DNA of 39,119 nucleotides from Myxococcota bacterium (GTDB lineage Bacteria; Myxococcota; JACRCW01): NCBI GenBank assembly GCA_040752415.1, contig JBFMGU010000084.1, positions 1 to 39,119 of the forward strand, read 5' to 3'. Shown piece by piece: positions 9,244 to 17,286 of this stretch (position 1 is its first letter; each line of letters starts with the position of its first letter). The notes under the pieces were generated by a model. It saw only the letters and a program-made list of their open reading frames with translations, ran no database searches and was not told where the DNA came from. The position numbers and the translations under genes were made by a program.

Positions 9244-10059
9244 ATGACTGAACCGCACGACGACAACAGCGAAGCTCAAGGGGCGGCCGTTCGTCCGTCA
9301 CCGGCGTGGCTGGCCTGCGGGCTCAGTCTGGTCCTCCTGGCGGGCTGCCCGCAGTCCAACACGGGCTCTCAGGAAGCACCGAAGTGCACCGACACCTGCG
9401 AGTCGCTCGGGATGCAGTGCGGAAGCGTGTGCGGCCAGGACTGCGGAACGTGCGGACAGGACGAGGCGGGGCACGAGCTGTCCTGCGTGCGCGGCCGTTG
9501 TCACTGCGTGCCGCAATGCGGCGCGGAGAGCTGCGGCCGTGACGACGGGTGCGGCTACACCTGTCCCTGCCCGGGAGACGTGAGCTGCGCTGATTGCGCG
9601 CTCCGACTGGTGAAGGTCAGCCAGCGCACGGAGAACGGCGTGGTGGAGCAGGTGACCGTGGCGGTGGAGTCCACCTCGGCTCTCGTCGTCAAGCCCCGGC
9701 TGGCGGACCTCCACATCGCCGTGGACCAGCCCATGACCCTGGAGCGGGTCCAGCTGGGCGCGGCGCTCGGGTCCGCTCGCAAGCTCCTGCACCGTTTCAC
9801 CGGCACCAACCTGCCGTATCAGCAGCAACCCGACGGGAGCTGGCGCATCATGGTGATGCCCGGTCCCCGCAACGCCGAGGTGGAGGCCGGTCAGTGGCTG
9901 GTCCTCACCTTCACGCGGCAGCCCGGCTCCCAGCAGCAGGGGCCGGTTTCCTTCCGCCTGCTCCGGCACGACGAGGTCCTGGCCCCCGGCGCCGCCAACC
10001 AGTCCCTCCAGGCCACCGCGTATGACTCGCCCCTGGCGGTCAGCGCCACGAGGTGGTGA
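9244..10059 (+). CDS. Lipoprotein with a short Cys-rich region and a C-terminal cohesin-like beta-sandwich
   Basis: Lipobox SLVLLAG|C; Cys-rich CGQDCGTC...DDGCGYTC; C-terminal VTVAV...PRLADLHIAVD...GAALGSARKLL...GSWRIMVM...EVEAGQWLVLTF. The start at 9244 is uncertain (ATGs also at 9220 and 9190). Confidence 0.75.
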   Translation: MTEPHDDNSEAQGAAVRPSPAWLACGLSLVLLAGCPQSNTGSQEAPKCTDTCESLGMQCGSVCGQDCGTCGQDEAGHELSCVRGRCHCVPQCGAESCGRDDGCGYTCPCPGDVSCADCALRLVKVSQRTENGVVEQVTVAVESTSALVVKPRLADLHIAVDQPMTLERVQLGAALGSARKLLHRFTGTNLPYQQQPDGSWRIMVMPGPRNAEVEAGQWLVLTFTRQPGSQQQGPVSFRLLRHDEVLAPGAANQSLQATAYDSPLAVSATRW

Positions 10060-10061
10060 CC

Positions 10062-13000
10062 ATGCGCCTCGGCCTCCGACTCCTCCCGATTGCCCTCGCC
10101 ACGCTGTGGACGTCGCTGGCATCCGCGGCGCCGCTGACGCTGGAACAGCTCGACGCCCTCGCCAACTACGTGACCTGCACGGAGGCGTGCGACGCCGGAC
10201 CCGCCGTCGACCGCCAGGCCTGCGCCGCCGCGTGCGCCCCCGCCGACCCCGCGGACTGGCAGACCGCGTGGGAGAAGGACGGCGTCCCGCCCGTCACCCG
10301 CAATGACCTGGAGCTGGCGCAGCTCGAGGTTGCCGACGGTGGATCCGGCACGGAGGTCTGCTACTCGCCGGATGGTCGCGTGGTGGTTCCCGCCGCGTTG
10401 TGTCCGGACCAGCTCTGTCGCGCGGTCCCCCGCTGCACCGACGCGGATTGCATCCAACCCGAGGAGAGCCGTCCCCTGGCGTGTCCGGACGTTGTCTGCC
10501 GGGAGCGCCCCATCCGTGACGCCACCGACTGCGCGGACGCGGATGGCGACGGTGTCCCCGCGTGGCTGGAGAACGCCACCGGCGGCACCGACACCGTTCC
10601 CGCCACCTTCTGCATCTCCCACGCGGAGTGCGGCTTCGTGGAGACCTGTCAGTACGACGAGGAGGTGGGCGCCAGTCGCTGCGCGCCCCGGTTGTGCAAC
10701 GGCCCCTGCACCGCGTTCCACCTCGAGACCGTGGCCGCCGACGACCAGACGGTGCTCATCCAGCTCCACTACGACTACTCGCCGGTGCCCGCGCAGGTGC
10801 TGGACCTCTACATCGAGTTTGACGAGGCGGTCCTCCTCCTCGCGGACGCGCGGCCGCTCCCCAACCTCTCCAGCTTTGGCAAGGAGCTGTACATCACGCA
10901 GCTCTCCAACGGGCGCCTGCGGTTGGTCATCCTGGACCCGGATTCCGAGGAGCCCATCCTCACCGGCCCGCTCGTGGAGCTGGTGTTCCAGCGCGTGGCG
11001 GGCGACACCACCACCGTCCGCTTCGTCACCGACGACGCGCTCCAGCGTGAGGCCATTGCCCCGCTCCAGGACTCGCCGACCACGCAGCAGGCGCTCCAGG
11101 ATGACGCGCTCTGGGGCGCGCCCATCATCATCCCGGACCGCGCGGACGCGGAGGGTCACCGGCTGCTGCTCTGGTACAACTTCGACTCCGCCGACGATCC
11201 CCTGGCGTTCGAGAACGTCCCCAGCGAGGAGGAGCTGTGTGGGCGGGTGGCGTCCTGCATCAACGAGCCGGATGACGTCGAGCGCGGGCGGATCAAGGCG
11301 CGGCTGAGGGCGTTGCAGGAGGGCTCGCTCAGCGCCAGCGGCAGCATCACCGGCGTCACCCGTGGCGGCGTCTACTTTGACGGCGAGACCAGCCTCCTGC
11401 GCATGCCCGTCCAGGTGATGGAACCCTACGAGGCGGCGGGGCAGGGCTACTCCATCTCCTTCTGGTTCTACACGGAAGGCAACGGCTCCAACGAGAACAG
11501 CGACACCCCGCAGCTCCTCTACACGCACAACGGCCCCGACGAGAGGACGCGCTTTGGCCTGCTGCTGGAGCCGGACGGCACCGGCACGTGGACGCTCTCC
11601 TTCTTCACCGGCGACATGCTGGACATCCGCGACCTCCAGCGCACCGCGGTGGCGGGCGGCGTGGAGCTGCGTGTGTGGCACCACGTGGCCGCGACCATTG
11701 ACGCCGCCACCGGCCAGGTCCTCCTGTATTTTGACGGGCTCCTCAACGCCGCCCACCAGTTCCCCGCGGCGCCTCCACCGGTGTCATGCCCCGGCTTCGC
11801 CATGGGCAGCGAGGTCATCCTGCACGAGGAGGGGAGCTTCCTGGGTGGTCGCGCTCCGGAAATCCTGTACTTCTCGCCGCAGCGCGGGCCGCTCTACCAG
11901 GTTGAGCGGATGGACACCAACGGCCTGGCCTCCACGCGCGTGCTCGGCGACGGAGCGCACCACTTCCAGGACGTCGACTACCTCCCGTTCCTCAACAAGA
12001 TCGCGTACGTCAGCAACGCCAGCGGCAACTTCGAGGTGTGGGTGGCGGACTCGGACGGGTCCAACGCGGAGCAGGTCACGCTGGGCTTTGGCGACACGGA
12101 GCGGGGCATCTTCGCGCGGAGGCCGCGCTGGGCACCGGATGGCTCCGCGTTCATCTTCGAGAGCAACGTCTACAGCGTCCCCGACGACCACAACAGCGGC
12201 CGCGGCTACCAGCTCTATTACGTGCAGTTCAGCCCCGTGGACGGCGTGGTGGCCATTCCGCTCGAGGGCGGCGGCGAGGCCACGCAGCTCGACTACACCG
12301 CGCTGTTGGCCACGCAGTCGCTGGGCGCCTACCAGCTCACCCGCGCGGAAGGGAACCACTTCAACGCGTGGTGGTTGACCGGCAAAGCGCAGGGCGGCGT
12401 GCGCGGCGACATCGTCTTCGAGGGCGCGGATGAGAGCCTGGCGTCCAACGTGGTGCGTCGCATGCAGATACCGGAGAACATCCGGGAAGCCTCCTCCACG
12501 GAGGTTGCTGGCCTGGGCGACTCCGACGACGAGAAGCACCTGCTGACCGCCACCCGCCGCATCCGCCCCGGCCCGGTGCCCGTCACCACGCTGCCCATGC
12601 TCTACCAGCGCCGGTCGGTGGTGTACGAGCCGGCCACCCAGTTCGCCGTGAGCGTGGTGGAGAACAGCCAGGAGGCCAGCGTCACCCTCAGCCACGAGCC
12701 CAACGGCTACGACGACAAGTGCTGGGACCGGAACCACAATGACCTGCCCCCCGGCGCCGGCCGCGACGCGGACGAGGACCGCAACCGCGACGGCCAGTAT
12801 GACGTCAACGACTGCTACCCGCCGGACGTCCGCACGCTCTACGTCGAGTACGACAGCCGCAAGTACATCCCGCGCATCTCCCCCACGGACCTGGCGCTGG
12901 GGCAGGCCAACAGCGTGCTCCGTCCGGAGGCGCAGGGAGGCGTGGAGAAGCGCCTGCAGATCAGCGTCGTGGAGACGACCACCGGCTCGTTCCTGCACGT

Positions 13001-16000
13001 GGAGGCGCTCTCTCCGTTCAACGCGCTGCCCATCCCCGCCGGAACGCTGGTGACCATCACGTTCACGCGCCGCGAGGCCGGGACGCCTTCACCCGCGTTC
13101 GGCCTGACGCAGCGCACGGCCCGCTCCGAGCTGTTCTACGTGGACCTGGCGGGCACCTCGCAGCCCTCGCCGGTGAACCTGGCGGAGCGCATGGAGGAGG
13201 TCACCGCCGCCGCGTTCTCTCCCGACGGGAACGGCATGATGCTGGCCGGCATTGCGCAGGCGCGGCCCACGCTGCTGCGCACCTCGTCCCTCCTCACGCT
13301 GGAGGGCGCGGAGCGCGTCCTGGACCTGCCCGCGCGCATCCGCGGCATGAGCTGGACGCGGGAGACGCGCTACTACCCCTGCAACTGGATGGGCGGCTAC
13401 GTCCACCCGTTCAATCGACTCGTGAAGTACGCGCTGCGTGGCGGCCTGGATGACCTCCGCGTCTACGCCGGCGTCCGCGACCCCGACGCCATCCGCTCCG
13501 AATCCGACCTGGGCGGCGAGCGCCTGGTGGTGGAGGGAAGGGATGGTCCGGTGGAGTCGTTGCTGCCGGCCTGCGGTACCAGCCACGCGGATTGTCCCGC
13601 CTTCCACCTGTGCGTCCAGGGCCAGTGCCAGATGGTGGAATGCGACCCCGACGACGCGTACTCGTGTACGTTGGTGGGTGGTCGCTGCACCATGCGGCCG
13701 CTCTCCGTGGAGCAGGAGGACCCCGGCCAGTCAGGCTTTGACTTCGTGTGCGCCGCGGACTGCGTGGCGGATGCCCAGTGTTTCACCCAGGCCTGCCTCA
13801 ACGGTCCGTGCGGCTACTGTGACACGCAGTCCAACTCCTGCGTGGAGTGTCGCGAGACGGTGGAGGACTACGGTTCGTTCCAGATCGCAAGCATCGAGGG
13901 CTGCCCGGACCGCAACAGCTTCATGTGCGACTCCGGGAGCTGCCGCACGGAGTGCTACTCCATCCAGGACGGCCAGAGCGTCTACCGCTGCGACCCGACG
14001 CTGGAGTACTGCCGGCAGGGCCGCTGCGTTTCGCTGGACTGGGACTGGACGGACTTTGCGCCCGGCAGCCTCTCCGGCCTCACGGAGACCGTCTACGAGC
14101 ACGTTCCCGGCGCCATCCGCACCGTGGCGGTGGGCGAGGCGTCCAACATCACCATCAAGGCCTACGGCAAGGGCGACTACTCCCACCCGCCCGAGATCAT
14201 CGTGGAGGGCAAGCTGGTCGCTCCCGACGGTGCCTCGCTCTACAACGGGAACTGGTTCCGGCTTGGCCGCCTGTTCATCCACAACCGGACCAAGCAGGAA
14301 GCGGACGGGAAGCCGCTGGTGCTGCACGTTCCGCACCCCGTGACCGACCTGCGCATCCGGCTGGTGCACACGCCGTACGAGAACCTGGACGGCACCGCCA
14401 CCGGCCTGGGGCTCACGGACAAGGACTTCTGCCGCGCCGACGTGGAGCGCGAGGCCGCGGAGCACAACCGTCCCGTGGATTACTCGCGTTGCGTGCACCG
14501 CGCGCCGGGCAGCATCCAGCAGCTTGGCTACCCCATGGACGTGCCGTTTGACGACCAGGTGGCCGAGTGTCGTCGGGGCCACGCGGGCTGTCCGTCGGTG
14601 AACGACCCGCTGCGCCAGTACCTGGGCAACGGACTCCCCTCCGTGCTCATCACCGAGACCAAGATCGACGGCGCCACCGCCACCATTGACACCAACCCGG
14701 TCTGCTCCTGGGAAGGCACGCTGGACCCCGTCGAGCCGGGCACGCTGCGTCGGCGCAAGCTGTACTACGGCGACATCTCCAAGGAGATTTCCGGTCAGCG
14801 CAACCGCTACTGCCTGGCGAATCCCGCCGCGTGCACCGCGCCCACGGGCCTGCTGGACTTTGTGGCCAAGAGCGCCGGCGCCTACGGCCTGCTGAACTGC
14901 AACTACAATGACCCCGCCACTGGCGCCCTGGCCGCCATTGAATTCACGCTCCCGCCCTACGTGCAGAGCTTTACCTCCGGCGCGGTGCGGGAGACGGCGA
15001 ACTCCTGTTTCGTGGAGATCGACCCCGTCCGTCGTGAGCAGTGCTACGAGTTCATTGGCGGTGACGTCTCCATTGACCCGTGGTCGGACGCCACGGAGAT
15101 CTTCCAGACGCTGGAGTTCTCCCTGCCGCGGGGCTTTGCGCATGACCGCGGCTACACCAGCGTGCCCAAACCCAAGAACCCGCTGCGCGTGCGGGTGACC
15201 GGTCTGAACGGCGGCACGCTGGTGCTCGCCAACGCGGGCGAGACGCTGTCCCTCACCGGCTCCGGCGTGGTGACCGGCCAGTTCCCCACGCCGTTGGCGC
15301 AGGGACGTCGCTACAGCGTCGCCGTGGTGTCCCAGCCGCAGCCCATGGGGAACCCCGTGTACTGCTTCATCGAAGGGACGGCGGCACGCGGCGCCATGTC
15401 CGACTCGCCCAGCGGGGTGGAGGTGCCGGTGAGCTGCGGTGGGGTTGGAACGGTGGGCGGCAGCCTCTCCGGACTGGTCCAGGGCGACGTGGTGTTGCGA
15501 CTGACCGCGGAGAGCTTCGTCTCCGGGAACAACGTTCGGGACAACGGGCGGTTCGACCGCACCCTCGTCGCCAACGGCGCGTTCTCGTTTGATACGCCCG
15601 TTCCCATTGGGGCGCAGTACGCGCTTAGCGTGGCGCGCCATCCCCAGGTTCCGCCGCAGTACTGCACCATCACCGGCGGCTCGGGGAACATGGTGGCCGG
15701 CGGCGTGAACAACGTGGGCGTGAGCTGTGTCGAGACCCCGCCGCGCCTGCTGGGCGGCACCGTCACCGGCATGGACCCCGGCAATTCCGTGACGCTGAGG
15801 AACTCCGCCACGGGTGAGACGCTGACCGTCGCCAGCAATGGCTCGTTCGCCTTCCAGCACCGCGTGCGGCCCGGGCAGGACTACCTGGTGGAAGTGCTCG
15901 CCCACCCGCTCGCGGAGAGCTGCACGGTGGGCGGCGCTGCCGGCAACATGCCCAACGCGGACGTGACCTCCGTGGCCGTGAACTGCACCAACCTGCCCAC

Positions 16001-17267
16001 CTACGCGGTGCCGGTGCGGATTGTGGGCTTGTTGGGTAGCGGCCTGCGCATCCGACTCAACGGCACGGAGACCATCCCCGTCAACACCAACGGAACCATG
16101 ACGTTCAGCACCCGGCTGCTCTCCGGCGCCACGTACGCGGTGGACGTGGCCGCGCAGCCCACGGGTCCCGTCCAGAGCTGCAACGTGGTGGCGGGGACGG
16201 GCGTGGTGGGCAACACGGACGTCACCGACGTGACCGTGATCTGCGGTTCACCGCCACAGGAGAACAACCTCCACACCGTGGGGGGCAGCGTCTCGGGCCT
16301 CATGGGCGGCGGGCTGCGGCTGACCCTCAACGCCAACAGCCAGCGCGTGGACATCAGTCGCAACGGGGCCTTCGAGTTCCCCAACGTCCTCTCCGAGGGC
16401 ACGGACTACGAGGTCATCATCGCCCGCCAGCCCACCACGCCGCCGCAGACCTGCACGCTCTCCAACGGGACGGGCACCATCGGGGCCACCAACGTCACCA
16501 ACATCACCGTGGCGTGCACCGGCGCGTCCAACCTGCGCGTCCAGTTCACCAACGGGCCCCAGTCCATGCGCGGCGTGCGCGCCATGGTGTTCAACGCTTC
16601 CGGCGCGCGCGTGGGCTCCCTCAAGGACTCCGCCGCCATTGCCGCCGGGGGCGCAACCTTCGACGTGGTGGCGCCGGATGACGCGGGTCAGTCCAGCCCG
16701 GTGGCCGCGTCGCTGGCGGCGGGCAACTACACGCTGCTGATCATGCTCAACACGGACGGCAGCGTGGATGGGAACAACACCCCCACGTACGAGCCGGGTG
16801 ACCAGGGCGTGCGCAAGACCATCTCCCTGGCGCAGGGCTCCGTGGGCACGGTGACGGTGGCCATGAACGAGATGGTGACCACCATCTACGAGCCCGTGGA
16901 GGTGCGGGCGTCCGGTATTGCCGCCGACGCCTCCGTCTCCTGCTTCTTCACCGTCGCCACCGGCACGCGCCCCGCGCTGCCCACCAGCAGCTCCGCGGGC
17001 AACAGCGTGGTGGCCTGTACCAGCCAGAACTCACCCTGCTTCACCTTCTCGATTCTCGCTGCTGGCAACGCGGGGGTCACCAACACGCATCAGCCGCTGG
17101 TCCCCGGCAGTTACGACGTCACCTGCTGGTACGACGTGGGCGGCAACAACAACGCTCCGGACAATTCCCACAATGCGGGCGACCGCGTTGGCTTCAGGGC
17201 AAACATCACCGCCGACGGTCCCGGCGTCCTGACGCAGCAAACCGTGGTCACCCTGGATCCTCCGTGA
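10062..17267 (+). CDS. Large secreted multidomain protein (~2401 aa): Cys-rich, cohesin-like, LamG-like, TolB/PD40-like propeller, second cohesin-like domain and five GGTVSGL-type Ig-like repeats
   Basis: Signal peptide MRLGLRLLPIALATLWTSLASA|A. LamG motifs GVYFDG, YSISFWF, WHHVAATID, LLYFDG and GGLDDLRVY. TolB-like KIAYVSNASGNFEVWVADSDGS and PRWAPDGSAFIFES. Five repeats of type TVGGSVSGL...NGAFEF...YEVIIARQP...QTCT...VAC (~15180-16520). Confidence 0.85.
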   Translation: MRLGLRLLPIALATLWTSLASAAPLTLEQLDALANYVTCTEACDAGPAVDRQACAAACAPADPADWQTAWEKDGVPPVTRNDLELAQLEVADGGSGTEVCYSPDGRVVVPAALCPDQLCRAVPRCTDADCIQPEESRPLACPDVVCRERPIRDATDCADADGDGVPAWLENATGGTDTVPATFCISHAECGFVETCQYDEEVGASRCAPRLCNGPCTAFHLETVAADDQTVLIQLHYDYSPVPAQVLDLYIEFDEAVLLLADARPLPNLSSFGKELYITQLSNGRLRLVILDPDSEEPILTGPLVELVFQRVAGDTTTVRFVTDDALQREAIAPLQDSPTTQQALQDDALWGAPIIIPDRADAEGHRLLLWYNFDSADDPLAFENVPSEEELCGRVASCINEPDDVERGRIKARLRALQEGSLSASGSITGVTRGGVYFDGETSLLRMPVQVMEPYEAAGQGYSISFWFYTEGNGSNENSDTPQLLYTHNGPDERTRFGLLLEPDGTGTWTLSFFTGDMLDIRDLQRTAVAGGVELRVWHHVAATIDAATGQVLLYFDGLLNAAHQFPAAPPPVSCPGFAMGSEVILHEEGSFLGGRAPEILYFSPQRGPLYQVERMDTNGLASTRVLGDGAHHFQDVDYLPFLNKIAYVSNASGNFEVWVADSDGSNAEQVTLGFGDTERGIFARRPRWAPDGSAFIFESNVYSVPDDHNSGRGYQLYYVQFSPVDGVVAIPLEGGGEATQLDYTALLATQSLGAYQLTRAEGNHFNAWWLTGKAQGGVRGDIVFEGADESLASNVVRRMQIPENIREASSTEVAGLGDSDDEKHLLTATRRIRPGPVPVTTLPMLYQRRSVVYEPATQFAVSVVENSQEASVTLSHEPNGYDDKCWDRNHNDLPPGAGRDADEDRNRDGQYDVNDCYPPDVRTLYVEYDSRKYIPRISPTDLALGQANSVLRPEAQGGVEKRLQISVVETTTGSFLHVEALSPFNALPIPAGTLVTITFTRREAGTPSPAFGLTQRTARSELFYVDLAGTSQPSPVNLAERMEEVTAAAFSPDGNGMMLAGIAQARPTLLRTSSLLTLEGAERVLDLPARIRGMSWTRETRYYPCNWMGGYVHPFNRLVKYALRGGLDDLRVYAGVRDPDAIRSESDLGGERLVVEGRDGPVESLLPACGTSHADCPAFHLCVQGQCQMVECDPDDAYSCTLVGGRCTMRPLSVEQEDPGQSGFDFVCAADCVADAQCFTQACLNGPCGYCDTQSNSCVECRETVEDYGSFQIASIEGCPDRNSFMCDSGSCRTECYSIQDGQSVYRCDPTLEYCRQGRCVSLDWDWTDFAPGSLSGLTETVYEHVPGAIRTVAVGEASNITIKAYGKGDYSHPPEIIVEGKLVAPDGASLYNGNWFRLGRLFIHNRTKQEADGKPLVLHVPHPVTDLRIRLVHTPYENLDGTATGLGLTDKDFCRADVEREAAEHNRPVDYSRCVHRAPGSIQQLGYPMDVPFDDQVAECRRGHAGCPSVNDPLRQYLGNGLPSVLITETKIDGATATIDTNPVCSWEGTLDPVEPGTLRRRKLYYGDISKEISGQRNRYCLANPAACTAPTGLLDFVAKSAGAYGLLNCNYNDPATGALAAIEFTLPPYVQSFTSGAVRETANSCFVEIDPVRREQCYEFIGGDVSIDPWSDATEIFQTLEFSLPRGFAHDRGYTSVPKPKNPLRVRVTGLNGGTLVLANAGETLSLTGSGVVTGQFPTPLAQGRRYSVAVVSQPQPMGNPVYCFIEGTAARGAMSDSPSGVEVPVSCGGVGTVGGSLSGLVQGDVVLRLTAESFVSGNNVRDNGRFDRTLVANGAFSFDTPVPIGAQYALSVARHPQVPPQYCTITGGSGNMVAGGVNNVGVSCVETPPRLLGGTVTGMDPGNSVTLRNSATGETLTVASNGSFAFQHRVRPGQDYLVEVLAHPLAESCTVGGAAGNMPNADVTSVAVNCTNLPTYAVPVRIVGLLGSGLRIRLNGTETIPVNTNGTMTFSTRLLSGATYAVDVAAQPTGPVQSCNVVAGTGVVGNTDVTDVTVICGSPPQENNLHTVGGSVSGLMGGGLRLTLNANSQRVDISRNGAFEFPNVLSEGTDYEVIIARQPTTPPQTCTLSNGTGTIGATNVTNITVACTGASNLRVQFTNGPQSMRGVRAMVFNASGARVGSLKDSAAIAAGGATFDVVAPDDAGQSSPVAASLAAGNYTLLIMLNTDGSVDGNNTPTYEPGDQGVRKTISLAQGSVGTVTVAMNEMVTTIYEPVEVRASGIAADASVSCFFTVATGTRPALPTSSSAGNSVVACTSQNSPCFTFSILAAGNAGVTNTHQPLVPGSYDVTCWYDVGGNNNAPDNSHNAGDRVGFRANITADGPGVLTQQTVVTLDPP

Positions 17268-17286
17268 TCCGTGCAGAGGCAAACTT

